Source: a virus | Taxonomy: Duplodnaviria > Caudoviricetes | Strand: one strand, 5' to 3' | Virus record (IMG/VR): IMGVR_UViG_3300027874_000015 | Coordinates: 1-50,184 of that record | DNA: 50,184 nucleotides | In this document: in pieces, positions 1-14,384 of the stretch | Layout: every line of letters begins with the position of its first letter | How positions within the stretch are numbered: position 1 is the stretch's first letter | Translations under genes and position numbers: made by a program | The notes under the pieces: generated by a model | The model's database searches: none | What the model was told of the DNA's origin: nothing | The model's input: only the letters and a program-made list of their open reading frames with translations

Positions 1-1211
1 GTGAGCTTGTCACGGTCCGGGGAATCTACATAGAACGTCCCGAAGATCAGCGTTCTTTCTTTGTCCAGGCCGCTGGTGAACTCTTTGACCCGGGCCAGGG
101 CTGGGGCCAGGTCGATGCGCTTATCGCACCGGTGGCTCGCGCTGTGGCAATCGCAGGGGTTTATTGGATCGATGGGAAGTGTCGGGGCGAGGTGGGCGCC
201 GACCCGCTGCGTGGTGCGGTAGGATTCGCGCCCGCCATAGACGCAGATATGCGGCGTGCCGACCGCCTGGGCGAGCACCGGCGCGAAGCCGGCGTTGCAG
301 AATACCAAGTCCGCGGCTTTGAACAGCGCCGCCATCTCGGGGAAATCCAGCTCGCCGGCATGGAGCTTGACGTCCACCGGCTGCTCGGGTCCGTCGATCC
401 ATTCCTGCCCCGGCCGCAGATCAGCCACGGACACCACGAAGAACCGGTCACGAATGCTTCGATACAGCTCGTCATAGGCTCTGGGATCGGGGTTGCGCGA
501 GCGGCCGTCCCACTCCTGCCGGATGACGATGGGGCGGTGGACCATCAGCGGCTTGCCGCCCCGATCGTACTGGGCGAGCTTGCCGTGCATCGCTGCCGTC
601 CACTCTGGCTTGATCGGCAGCGAGAAGTCGGGGCGTTCGGGCATTTTGAGCCCGACGCACGAGAACATGGCTTCGAGGATCGAGCCGTGCTGGTCGACCA
701 GGACCTTGGGGTAGCCGATGTTGAACTGCCGGGCGCCGGCCGGCGGTGACTGGGCGGTGAACAGATGCCGCTCGCGCGCGATCGTCTTGGCCTGGGCATG
801 CAGGCTGGTCGGCCGCAGGATCAGCTTGAGGCCCTGCTCGACAAGGTCCCAGTACAGTTGATGGTGACAGGTGTGCAACCAAACGTCAGAAGTCTTCATC
901 AGTTCGCGCATCACGGCGCGCTGATGAAGGTTGTCGCCAATCCCGAAGTGGCCGCGGACGACGACCGACGGCTTGTCGGTGACCACGGCAGGGACCGGCT
1001 CGATCTTCGGTTGGGTCGGCGGCGGCGGGCCGAACGCCGCGCGGTCGACCAGCGGCTGGACCGTGATGTCCAAGCTGGTGGCCAGACGTTCGAAAGTGCC
1101 CTCATCGAGATCGACATGACGCATGGTACCGGGGGCAACGGTGATCTCGCGCTTCATTCGATCGAAGAAGACACGTGGTGACCTCGCGTTGTTGACGACG
1201 GAATAGATCAT
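1..1211 (-). CDS. GT9-like (heptosyltransferase-fold) glycosyltransferase, 3'-truncated by window edge
   Basis: Hand-translated; absent from the ORF track because there is no stop in the window. ATG at 1211 overlaps the upstream stop (ATGA). Contains GHFGIGDNLHQRAVMREL and EMAALFKAADLVFCNAGFAPVLAQAVGTPHICVYGG, both typical GT9 motifs. Confidence 0.8.
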   Translation of the reverse strand, partial: MIYSVVNNARSPRVFFDRMKREITVAPGTMRHVDLDEGTFERLATSLDITVQPLVDRAAFGPPPPTQPKIEPVPAVVTDKPSVVVRGHFGIGDNLHQRAVMRELMKTSDVWLHTCHHQLYWDLVEQGLKLILRPTSLHAQAKTIARERHLFTAQSPPAGARQFNIGYPKVLVDQHGSILEAMFSCVGLKMPERPDFSLPIKPEWTAAMHGKLAQYDRGGKPLMVHRPIVIRQEWDGRSRNPDPRAYDELYRSIRDRFFVVSVADLRPGQEWIDGPEQPVDVKLHAGELDFPEMAALFKAADLVFCNAGFAPVLAQAVGTPHICVYGGRESYRTTQRVGAHLAPTLPIDPINPCDCHSASHRCDKRIDLAPALARVKEFTSGLDKERTLIFGTFYVDSPDRDKL

Positions 1212-3418
1212 TGCCCTTGTGGCTTCGGAGGCGCCGCGCCGGTCAGGATGTCTCCGGCAAATGAGGTCAGCCCATTGACAGGCAGCGTGGCCTGTGTCCA
1301 ATCCGTACCGTTTTTCGAGTACCAGATTTCCATGCCTCCACCTCCATGCTGTTTTGCATTGGTCTCGGTTTGCGATCTCAGCCACACCATGACGCTGCCG
1401 TTGGAGGCCATGAGCCTTCTACCGTCGCTGGTGAAATTGGCACCTGGGAGGACGACCGACTGTGTGGTGTTCGTCCCCTGAGGTTTTGCCGTAGGGTTAT
1501 ATGGATCTGGGTATGGGAATCCGAATAGGACATCTTCCGTTTTGGTTTGCCCCGTGAAATAATGATCTAATACACCTTCTTGATAACCGGAAACATTTAG
1601 ATATGGATTGACGCAGGCGCCTACTAGATTGCTTGTAAAGAATGCCGCGCTCTCCGACCAAGTCCAGCGTTGAAGCATAACCGCCCAGTTGCTGCCGACC
1701 GCGGCGGCAGACCCGCCATGAATGCATGGATTCGATGCGCGATAATAATTGGCATTTTGCGGGCCGTTTATTACGGTTGGCGGGTAAACTCTTGGGTCAT
1801 ATGCAGATTGTAAAGCGGCAAAGTTGTTTCCGATCCTGTTGGCGCCGCTGAATTTGGTCGGGTCGTCGGAAATCGAATACCAGACATCACTCATTACCCC
1901 AACACCAATCAGTCCCCCGCTAATGATGTACTTGGCCTGAGTCCCTTTGGCCTTGTCGGCCTTTACATAGATCAGCTCGTTGGGAAATGGAGTACAGTAC
2001 ATCGGGTCGGGAAATCCTACTTCGTCGAACACGGTGATGTGCCCGAGATCGGCAAGAATGTTGTTTCCATCCCATGTCGTGCCGTTGGTCGATTTCCACA
2101 TCGTAGTGGTGAATGACGCCGTGGAGGTCGGTTCTAATGACTTGCCATAACCGTTGTTTCCAGACATGCAAGCATAGAAAGCGCCGTTGAAAAACCTGAG
2201 AAATCCTAATCCAACACCCGACGTGCCATAGCCGATGTCACTCGCTCCACCAGTCTGGATCACTTTGTCTGTCGTCCAGGTATTTCCGTTGTCGTTCGTG
2301 CTGATCCATGTGATGTTATCGCGCCCTGTAGAGCCGAAGGCAACGAACCGGCCTTTTCTCTTGCCGTCGGGGCCAGGGTCTTCTGGAACGCCATAGACCA
2401 ACCAGTTGGCCAGAAAACTATGATCGATGCCTGCACCTCCCATGCTCGTCCAGGTTTTCATCCTGTCTTTGGAAATAGCAACGTTGCCCTTGCCGCCAAA
2501 ATTCATCCACATGCCGCCCCCATAGGCTAATATGCCTCCTGGGCTTTTCTGAATCTCTGGCTTGTACCAATCCTTGCCATTGCTTGAGCAAATCAAGAAA
2601 GGCGTGGCGCTGCTGCCGGAACCTTGTCTGCCGAAAATGAGAAAGTCAGTCACCAACCAGGATACGTTGACGATTATCTGCAGCGGGTCGAGCCTGACAG
2701 GGGGCACGTCGCCGACTTTACTGAACTGGGATGCATCGGCACCCTTGAAAAGGTTTTCCACCTCCTTCTTGTAATGAGTGAACTTATAATTGACTATCTG
2801 ACGTTTGATACTACCCTCTACGTCTACACTGAATTTTATACCGAACCTGTGTGGTATCTCCACATACAGTTTCTGGCTTTCATCCTTGGTTCCCTTCTTG
2901 AGCGCGGCAAGATATTTATACCACGGAACGAGTTTGCCATCGCTCATGTCCAGCCCGCCGAGATCGTTGTTCACCACCGTGACGTTTTTTACGTCGCGGT
3001 TGGCTGCTTTAGACGAGCCTCCTTCCCCGGTGTATGGATTGGTGTTGTTGAACCTCCAGAACAAAGTCTGGGTTTGACCTTTCAGTATCCCAGGTTGGCC
3101 ACCGCCTTTTGAGCGGATTCCTGTCACTCTCACTATCCACAGAGGAATCTTTGTATTCGGATCATCTGGATTTTTGATTAGTATTTTTCTGGTGCCGCGG
3201 TTTTTGTTGCTGTTCTCGTGCTGCTTGTCTCCTCCTTTGTTATCGTACCAATGAAATACATATTTGGTATTGGTGAGATCACCCTCTTTCATTCCTGAGT
3301 AATGAACATGAACATTATCCAGCCGCAACACGTCGATCCAGACATCTTGACTCGTGGGGGAGCCGTCACCTTCCGGGTCCGATATGTAAATTCTCTTGAC
3401 GTGAGATTCGTGGGTCAT
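1208..3418 (-). CDS. Putative receptor-binding/tail protein with Asp-box (BNR)-like beta-propeller repeats
   Basis: 736 aa; repeated S-x-[DN]-G-x-x-W-like motifs (SSNGKDW, SKDRMKTW, TNDNGNTW, STNGTTW, SKNGTDW); at end of tail module; AT-richer than flanks. Confidence 0.6.
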   Translation of the reverse strand: MTHESHVKRIYISDPEGDGSPTSQDVWIDVLRLDNVHVHYSGMKEGDLTNTKYVFHWYDNKGGDKQHENSNKNRGTRKILIKNPDDPNTKIPLWIVRVTGIRSKGGGQPGILKGQTQTLFWRFNNTNPYTGEGGSSKAANRDVKNVTVVNNDLGGLDMSDGKLVPWYKYLAALKKGTKDESQKLYVEIPHRFGIKFSVDVEGSIKRQIVNYKFTHYKKEVENLFKGADASQFSKVGDVPPVRLDPLQIIVNVSWLVTDFLIFGRQGSGSSATPFLICSSNGKDWYKPEIQKSPGGILAYGGGMWMNFGGKGNVAISKDRMKTWTSMGGAGIDHSFLANWLVYGVPEDPGPDGKRKGRFVAFGSTGRDNITWISTNDNGNTWTTDKVIQTGGASDIGYGTSGVGLGFLRFFNGAFYACMSGNNGYGKSLEPTSTASFTTTMWKSTNGTTWDGNNILADLGHITVFDEVGFPDPMYCTPFPNELIYVKADKAKGTQAKYIISGGLIGVGVMSDVWYSISDDPTKFSGANRIGNNFAALQSAYDPRVYPPTVINGPQNANYYRASNPCIHGGSAAAVGSNWAVMLQRWTWSESAAFFTSNLVGACVNPYLNVSGYQEGVLDHYFTGQTKTEDVLFGFPYPDPYNPTAKPQGTNTTQSVVLPGANFTSDGRRLMASNGSVMVWLRSQTETNAKQHGGGGMEIWYSKNGTDWTQATLPVNGLTSFAGDILTGAAPPKPQGQ

Positions 3419-4468
3419 TCACATCATCGGTAGCATTGCCGCTCCGCTCACCGGCGGTAGGTGATTGCCGTAGACGTCAGCATGACCGTCAGCGTGACCT
3501 GCGCCGGACGTATAAGGGATCGACGAGAGGCCGATCACGTCTGCCACGCCATCGGCTTGGCCAGCGCCTTTCTGCTCTGCTGGAGGGACGCCGATGACGC
3601 TCGCCACGCCGTCGGCTTGACCGGCACCTACGGTAAAAATATCAGCGGCTAAAGATCGTACAAATACTTGAGTAGGGGGGTCGTAAAACAATAACCAAGG
3701 ATCATTTGATAAATCCTTCATCTCGTGGTCGGGGAGCCCTCGATTCCATGCGACGATCAGTCCGATGTTGCAATTTGCACACTGATTCTCAGCGGCAGCT
3801 ATCCCTCCAAGAACAGTGTAGGGTGCTGGAAGGGCGCTGACGTGCCCTATCGGGGTTGTGCTGGCCGACGATCTCGCGGTGGTGACATTTACCCCATCGC
3901 GAAAAACATCATACAATCCAGCCAGCCGTCGAGACATGAAACAGTGTGTTTTACCATCGAGTGCGCCTGACGCATCAGCATAACCAGTAACCGTGCTCCC
4001 ATTAAATTCAAGAGATGTGAACATCCCGGAAACCGCAGAGGCCGAAGCCCCGGAAAAATTGCCCATGAGAAGAGCGTTTCCAGGACTGCCTGCGCCATTC
4101 ATTCCGTGATGAAGGTATCTGCGATATGCTCCCTCGGAAGGGGGATTTCCCAGCATCAAGAATGAATAATCTCCAGTGAAATCGCCCGCAGAAGTAAACA
4201 CGTATAACGGAGAGCCTAAACCATTAAAAGCATCAATATAACCGTAACCTATAGCAGTGGAATCCGAGGTCGTGAACTGTTGCCCAATTATGTTGCGACC
4301 TCTAAATGAAAGCCCTGTTGGAGATATAGCAGGCAAATTACTGGTATTTACACCAGTAATCGCTGCATAAGCATTAAATCGTCCCCCCATTATGTTACGG
4401 TAATAAGCTGGTGCAACGCACCACGCTATATCCTTCGTATAGATATTATTCCTTAAAGAGAGGTGCAC
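3419..4468 (-). CDS. Virion protein with LamG/concanavalin-like domain and C-terminal GAGQADG repeats
   Basis: DGKTHCF...YDVFRDGV...IGLIVAWNRGLPDHEMKDL resembles LamG-like domains; start uncertain. Confidence 0.55.
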   Translation of the reverse strand: MHLSLRNNIYTKDIAWCVAPAYYRNIMGGRFNAYAAITGVNTSNLPAISPTGLSFRGRNIIGQQFTTSDSTAIGYGYIDAFNGLGSPLYVFTSAGDFTGDYSFLMLGNPPSEGAYRRYLHHGMNGAGSPGNALLMGNFSGASASAVSGMFTSLEFNGSTVTGYADASGALDGKTHCFMSRRLAGLYDVFRDGVNVTTARSSASTTPIGHVSALPAPYTVLGGIAAAENQCANCNIGLIVAWNRGLPDHEMKDLSNDPWLLFYDPPTQVFVRSLAADIFTVGAGQADGVASVIGVPPAEQKGAGQADGVADVIGLSSIPYTSGAGHADGHADVYGNHLPPVSGAAMLPMM

Positions 4469-4481
4469 TACGCCACTCGCT

Positions 4482-4982
4482 CTATACGTTCTGATATTGG
4501 ATCGGAATACGTGTCACTATGTTCCCAGAGGATGCAAGATTAACCCCGGAACTATGAAAGAAAAGTGCCCCCCATTTCTTAGGCATTGACCCATCAAAAA
4601 CCTTGGCTACCCGGCAAGTGTTGTAGTACAAACGACTACTGGTCGCATCGAAGATCATGGCTCCAGCAAATTTGATAGCACCAGAATACTTGACGTTTGC
4701 AGAAGTAAGCGTCACCGTCCCTTCTGACCCAGTCACCGTATCAGGATAGGTCGGAGTGTCATTTAAGGCTTCGTAGAGCCAACATTCTCCCATGGTGTTC
4801 ACGCTCGGAGATGTACCTAATTTGATAATCCAGCTCACGATCTCGTCATCGCTCAGGACCGAGGTGTTATCAACAACAGCACTGGCCCAACCGGCAACCA
4901 AGGTCGAAGACGTTGCCAGTGATTGCAGTCCTGTCGTCGTAAACGCTGACGATGAACCATATGACGGTTTGAGGGTTGACAT
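4482..4982 (-). CDS. Putative minor virion structural protein
   Basis: Likely start MSTLKPSYG right after the upstream gene's stop; S/T-rich, beta-type composition. Confidence 0.55.
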   Translation of the reverse strand: MSTLKPSYGSSSAFTTTGLQSLATSSTLVAGWASAVVDNTSVLSDDEIVSWIIKLGTSPSVNTMGECWLYEALNDTPTYPDTVTGSEGTVTLTSANVKYSGAIKFAGAMIFDATSSRLYYNTCRVAKVFDGSMPKKWGALFFHSSGVNLASSGNIVTRIPIQYQNV

Positions 4983-4983
4983 C

Positions 4984-5421
4984 TCAGCTCTCCGTGATCG
5001 TCGTGCCGGTGGTGAGCTGCGGCGGGATGCCGACGACGATGGTGATGTTGGGCGTGATCGGCCCGCGGTAGAGTATCTTGCCGGCGCCCGTGGCCGCTGT
5101 GCCCACCGCAAAGAAGGTTTCAAGCTCGCCCGCGCCCCCAGTCGGCGTTCCGAATATCGCGGTGGCGGCCAGCACGCAGGAATTGCCCGACACCGAGAAC
5201 CCGCTGCTGGTGCGCGCCACCGTCTGGCGCCCGTAGCCGGTATAGGCCGCCTCGCTGGTGGTCTGTGCACCGGCTGCACCGGGATCAGCCGTGTGCAGCG
5301 ATAGATACAGGTTGGTGAGCGGGGCCGACGCCGCGTTGTCGGCGATGTTGGGAATCGCCACGGCATTGAAGATCAGCTTCAGCCAATCATTGTCGAAGGT
5401 CGCGCCTTTGCCGCCGGCCAT
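4984..5421 (-). CDS. Conserved phage fibre-associated structural protein
   Basis: LYLSLHTADPG...SEAAYTGYGRQTV...FFAVGTAATGAGKILYRG pattern common in phage virion genes; GGAGG RBS. Confidence 0.7.
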   Translation of the reverse strand: MAGGKGATFDNDWLKLIFNAVAIPNIADNAASAPLTNLYLSLHTADPGAAGAQTTSEAAYTGYGRQTVARTSSGFSVSGNSCVLAATAIFGTPTGGAGELETFFAVGTAATGAGKILYRGPITPNITIVVGIPPQLTTGTTITES

Positions 5422-5430
5422 GATGCCTCC

Positions 5431-6567
5431 TTACGAATAGTTCTGCCCGATGACGTTGCCGTACACGGTGGTGCCGCCGTCGATGGTGTGAAGCACGAAC
5501 ATATCAGTGCCGTTCGGCGTCACGGTCGGAACCGCGCCGCCGGCCCATTTGATGGTCGGCCACGACACCGTGTAGGCGCCGCTGTTCTGGATCGACAGCA
5601 TGCGGTGAAGAAACTGCCCGGAGGCGCCGCTCGGCCAAGTGAACCCACTGATGACAGTGTTGCCGATAAAGGTTACCTTGGTATACGCTGACCCGGAGAG
5701 ATCGACAGTGACAGTGCCGCTGGTGCTGCTGAGAGTTCTTACCGGCGGGTCGAATGCGTTGAGGTTGTTCCACTTGCTGGTGGCCGAATTGTAGAACAGC
5801 CCCTGGCCGTTGGCGGGTCCGGTCAGCGCAACGTCGTCCAGGCCAGCCAGTGTAGCGGCCGAATGCACCTCAGCGTCCCACGATGACCCGGTCCAGGTCA
5901 GCACCGCCCCGGTGGTCGGCACTGGCGACGCCAGAACACTTACATCGGTGAGATCGCTGAGCGCCGTCGTCCCGGTCGGAATGTCCGCAGCGCTCCACAC
6001 GATGCCGTCAAAGGTGAGCACCTGTCCGGTTGCCGGGCCGGGCGAGGCGATGATGGAGACGTCGGAGAGATCGTCCAGTGCCGCTGACCGCCAGCCCCAC
6101 GTCGTGGTGGGGCTGGTGCCGATGATGCGCAAAAACGAGCCCAGCGGGCCAGTGTCTGGTATGTTGAGCGCTGGGTTTTCCAGCAGCAGCCCGTAGTAGT
6201 CAGGCGGGCCGCCGCCATTGGCGCCCGGATCGAACGTCGCTGCCGAGGTGTGGTTGACATTCACAAAGTATGTCGAGCCGCCATGGGTGATGATCGTTCC
6301 GGCTGCGTAATAGGTGTTCGGCACCCACTCGCCGCCAAATTTGATCTGCATCATCGGCAGCGTGTAGGGACCAAGCAACGTGTGATCGGTAAGAACCACC
6401 GTCATCTGGTTTCCCATCACGACGATGTTGGAAATGCCAACGCCCTGCACCGCCTTGGCAGCGATATCCTGAACAGCCTGCCAGAAATTGGCGTCCACCT
6501 CCGCGGGATGCAGATTGCGCCCGAGACCGACGCCCCAGGGACCGCTGGTGCGGTATGAATAGCCCAT
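5431..6567 (-). CDS. Tail fibre-like protein with CBM5/12-like motif and internal repeats
   Basis: WVPNTYYAAGTIITHGGSTY motif; three L-x-[DG]-L-x-D-V...G-x-x-L-x-[FWY]...W repeats. Confidence 0.65.
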   Translation of the reverse strand: MGYSYRTSGPWGVGLGRNLHPAEVDANFWQAVQDIAAKAVQGVGISNIVVMGNQMTVVLTDHTLLGPYTLPMMQIKFGGEWVPNTYYAAGTIITHGGSTYFVNVNHTSAATFDPGANGGGPPDYYGLLLENPALNIPDTGPLGSFLRIIGTSPTTTWGWRSAALDDLSDVSIIASPGPATGQVLTFDGIVWSAADIPTGTTALSDLTDVSVLASPVPTTGAVLTWTGSSWDAEVHSAATLAGLDDVALTGPANGQGLFYNSATSKWNNLNAFDPPVRTLSSTSGTVTVDLSGSAYTKVTFIGNTVISGFTWPSGASGQFLHRMLSIQNSGAYTVSWPTIKWAGGAVPTVTPNGTDMFVLHTIDGGTTVYGNVIGQNYS

Positions 6568-6807
6568 CTAGGTCTCCGTAGCTGAAGTTTCGGTGGCAGC
6601 CTGCTCCACGTAGAAAGTCCTCGTCTGATCGTAGTGAGCCGATCCTGTCTGAATTGGTGGCAACGTGCCCGGCTGCGCCCCGCCAAACCCCGGCGTGACG
6701 TAGATCGGCGTGTTGCTGGCAAGGTTGTACTGAGACAGGTAAAGCTGGCCCGGAGCCGGTGTCGGTAGTTGGTAAGGACGTACGGCGTCGTCGATGCCAC
6801 GTGACAT
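6568..6807 (-). CDS. Small tail-associated protein
   Basis: 79 aa, tightly packed in tail operon. Confidence 0.55.
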   Translation of the reverse strand: MSRGIDDAVRPYQLPTPAPGQLYLSQYNLASNTPIYVTPGFGGAQPGTLPPIQTGSAHYDQTRTFYVEQAATETSATET

Positions 6808-6811
6808 GGTT

Positions 6812-9664
6812 TTACTCCGCTGGCGGTGAGGTGAGGTCGACGGTCTTGGGGATACTCAATGGCGTGATCTGAACGACATAAGAATTGGCGAAGGGGCCGT
6901 TGGTGAGCGGCTTGAGAACAAGTTCGTACCACAGTGCATTCCCAAGCAGATCGTTCTGGAGAATAGCCTGCTGTACAGCCACCTGAATGTCGTAGAAGGG
7001 GGGCACGGGATAAGTGGTCGTCTGTATCCCCAAAACTCCGCAATCGATGACAAACTGTATATCGACTGGCTGATTTGCTTGAGCTACGGCATCGTGTACG
7101 ACTTGATCAACCTCTAACTTATACCGTTGGATGTTAGTTTGATCCAACGTGCTGGCCGTGCCGTGCCACTGAGATTGTAGAATGACATCAGCCGGTACGA
7201 TCGGAAAAATGACGCCGTCATCGTTGGCCGCTGCAAGCGGAGGCGTGTATCCAATAGCATCCACCTCAAAGACGGACGGTATCCATTTCGAGGCGATGAG
7301 ATCACGGCATTCCTGGGGAGGCAGCGTCGGTGGCTCGTGCGGCCAGTTAACGGGCTCCGGGATCGGCTGTGGGTTTCCGGTTTGCGTGGCCAGCGTCCCC
7401 GGCGGCGCGTAATTGGGATCACCTGGAGTCAACAGCGTGTTGGCGCTGTAATATTCCTGGTACCCCAGATCGACGTACCCTTCATCCACATACGAGGGGA
7501 TATCGGTCGTAGACTGTGATGGACTGCTGCCATTGCCAATGGAGCACCCCAGGACGACGTTGCCCTTTATCGTACCGTCGCCCCTGGCAATGAGCTTATA
7601 GGAAATTACTTTGCCCGAGACGGTCTGGCCAGGGAGCCTGATATCATCGAGACTGCCGTTCATTCGACAGGAGATCATCGCCGCTGCTTCGAATCTGGTA
7701 TCGAACGAGAGCTGAACGGCGCGAGCACGCTTGCGCAGCTTGGCACGTGCCCGGCAAAACATGTTCTCCAGCACGCGCAGCCCGCGGTCGGAAGGAAAGA
7801 AGGTGGCAGCTGGCGTCATCCCAGGCCACCCACCGATCGGCAGCTCGGCCCGGCCTATGTTCTGCCACGTCACTCCGTTGTCGGTGGTCTGGCTGTGCAA
7901 GGTTTCATTGAATGTGGTGTGATAGAGTCCGGTTTCGCCGGCATTTAGCGATATGTATTGAAAAGCCCCGCTGGGATTAACAAAGGTGTGAAACACCGCT
8001 TGCGGAGCGTTGCCGCCGACCAAGCCGGGGGTTGTGCACTCCAGCATCGTGTCGCCGGGACCTCCGTCGTTCTGACAAAAGATTGCAAACCGTGGCACCG
8101 GCACGCCTATCGGAGGCTGGGAAATGAGGCCCGGCATCCGTACGGCCTGGAGATTTGGAACGCCCGAGATCGGCTTGGGCATGATGATGGTGCCTGCAGG
8201 CACGCGCGCGGAGCGCACCCAGTCCTGTGCTCCGTCGCTTGGTGGTGTATCCCCCAACGAGACCCAAGAAATATCACCATCGATGGTGACTTGCCCGGCG
8301 ATGTTGGAAAACGTCGGGAAGGTCATTCCCGTAGCGCCGCTGTTCAGGGCAACTTGCGAGGATGTCTGCCCTGGCACCAAGGGGTTGTCCGGAAAAATGA
8401 TCAGTCCCTGCTCGACATGGCCGCCAAATCCCACCGTATCCCAATTGAGCAAGTTGATCAGCGGTTGCGAGAGATCACCGCTCTTCAACGTGATCTGCTC
8501 GGTATCCTCAGGAACAGTGGGATCGATGAGGAAAGGCTGCACGTCGGCCTTGACTGTCATCTCCACGCGTTCGCTGCGCTTGCGATCAGCGGCATAGATC
8601 AGGCTGAGCGTCGCCACGCTCTGCTTGCCCAGGAAATCAAGATCGTATGTTTTGTAGCAAAAGTAATCGATCGATGTTCTAGCGGGAATATTGACAGGGT
8701 CAGGATCACCGTTCTCGTCAACAGCTCCGACATCGATCATCGGTAACTGCACATCCTTGTTCAACTCTATGGATTTCCCCCAGGTCGGCGTGTAGTTGAT
8801 GCTCACCGACATCTTGTCTCCCGTCTTGTGGTGCTTGTCGGTGTTGGTCCAGGAAAACGTCACTGACGGCACCTGCGGCGCCAGTGTCTTGAGCATGGCG
8901 GTGGCCACGTCGGGATCACGCTCACCGGCCCAGGCTATTCCTGCAGACCACCCACCACCCAACGACGAGCCGCTCTTCGGCCAATCAGCGACGAACGGGT
9001 CGCCGCCCAGTGTAGGGAACGCCCACTGGCCGACATAAAATGTTCCGCGGTACTGCTGCTGCCACGCCACTTCTGCCTTGACGTTCACCGCCACCAAAGG
9101 GGGCTGCAGCGTGACCATCTTCACGCTGTCGTAGAAGACTTCACTTGGTGCAAAATTGACGGTGCCGTCTTCTCCGGCGAGAATGTCGCTGACACTGACA
9201 CGATGGTTCACGCGATCGACATGGTAGAGCGCGGACCAACCTTCCAAGATGGCATCAGGGTCGTCACGTTTGAACACATCGAAGAATAGCCCATCGTAGT
9301 TCGGCGCAATCTTGAGCGACCGCGCCACCTGCTGTTTCTGATAGACATAATCACCGGGGCGGGCGATCAGTTTCATTTTAACGGTGAAACCTTCCAACTC
9401 CTCCGGCACACCCGTGAGCCTACCAAAGAATAACGGTAGCGGACCGCATGCATCTAAGGAATAAGATATCCAGGCCCAATGCGGCTTCAACGGATTGAGA
9501 AATCCTGACTGCGGGTTCTTTACCTGGATGACAGCTTCCGGTATCTGTCCCTCGTCATGTGAAATCAGCAAATCGAATATGCTCTCATCAAATCTGGCCA
9601 GGGAGATATCCCATGGTGTGCCGGCTTGGCACCAGGCGAAATAGAAAACATATTCCCTGTTCAC
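6812..9664 (-). CDS. Large tail tip/baseplate hub protein
   Basis: About 950 aa, two genes downstream of the tape measure; GTG start overlaps the upstream stop. Confidence 0.65.
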   Translation of the reverse strand: MNREYVFYFAWCQAGTPWDISLARFDESIFDLLISHDEGQIPEAVIQVKNPQSGFLNPLKPHWAWISYSLDACGPLPLFFGRLTGVPEELEGFTVKMKLIARPGDYVYQKQQVARSLKIAPNYDGLFFDVFKRDDPDAILEGWSALYHVDRVNHRVSVSDILAGEDGTVNFAPSEVFYDSVKMVTLQPPLVAVNVKAEVAWQQQYRGTFYVGQWAFPTLGGDPFVADWPKSGSSLGGGWSAGIAWAGERDPDVATAMLKTLAPQVPSVTFSWTNTDKHHKTGDKMSVSINYTPTWGKSIELNKDVQLPMIDVGAVDENGDPDPVNIPARTSIDYFCYKTYDLDFLGKQSVATLSLIYAADRKRSERVEMTVKADVQPFLIDPTVPEDTEQITLKSGDLSQPLINLLNWDTVGFGGHVEQGLIIFPDNPLVPGQTSSQVALNSGATGMTFPTFSNIAGQVTIDGDISWVSLGDTPPSDGAQDWVRSARVPAGTIIMPKPISGVPNLQAVRMPGLISQPPIGVPVPRFAIFCQNDGGPGDTMLECTTPGLVGGNAPQAVFHTFVNPSGAFQYISLNAGETGLYHTTFNETLHSQTTDNGVTWQNIGRAELPIGGWPGMTPAATFFPSDRGLRVLENMFCRARAKLRKRARAVQLSFDTRFEAAAMISCRMNGSLDDIRLPGQTVSGKVISYKLIARGDGTIKGNVVLGCSIGNGSSPSQSTTDIPSYVDEGYVDLGYQEYYSANTLLTPGDPNYAPPGTLATQTGNPQPIPEPVNWPHEPPTLPPQECRDLIASKWIPSVFEVDAIGYTPPLAAANDDGVIFPIVPADVILQSQWHGTASTLDQTNIQRYKLEVDQVVHDAVAQANQPVDIQFVIDCGVLGIQTTTYPVPPFYDIQVAVQQAILQNDLLGNALWYELVLKPLTNGPFANSYVVQITPLSIPKTVDLTSPPAE

Positions 9665-10115
9665 ATCTCCTCCGCCTCGATCTGCCAATCATATTGCGCC
9701 TGCCACTCCGCAAACGAGGCGCGGATGTCAACGATCAGGCAAGTCAATTGAGGCCGGTAGTAAGTGACACTACCCTGTGTACGAGATGACCCGGACACCA
9801 CCGGACGAGATGGAATGCTTCCGGTCGGATAAGAGAGTTCAAACGCACAGTCAATCTGGCACTCGACGCCGATCCACGCGTCGTCCAGGCAAGGCGTTTC
9901 ACCGTCCTTGCAGGTGATCGTGGTCTTGTACTTCCTGAACCTGTCATCCATGAGAGACTGCAAACGAGCATTGATATCACGCAGGATGGCGCCTTCCGGC
10001 TTGATCAATTCGCGTGTTTGCGACAGACCTCTGGCGGAATACGGCGTAAGCACGGGCGTGTCACGGCCGGACAAAGGAGTTATGACAAGCAGCGTGCCGT
10101 AGGGAAGCCACAACA

Positions 10116-10119
<4 letters not shown>
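9661..10119 (-). CDS. Putative distal tail protein
   Basis: Immediately after the tape measure with ATGA overlap; 152 aa. Confidence 0.55.
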
Positions 10120-14381
<4,262 letters not shown>

Positions 14382-14384
14382 GGG

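Noticed and set aside
132-1181. Plus-strand ORFs 132..749 and 765..1181 and short minus ORFs in the track
   Set aside because: They are shadows of the real minus-strand GT9 frame (<1..1211), which has family motifs and translational coupling
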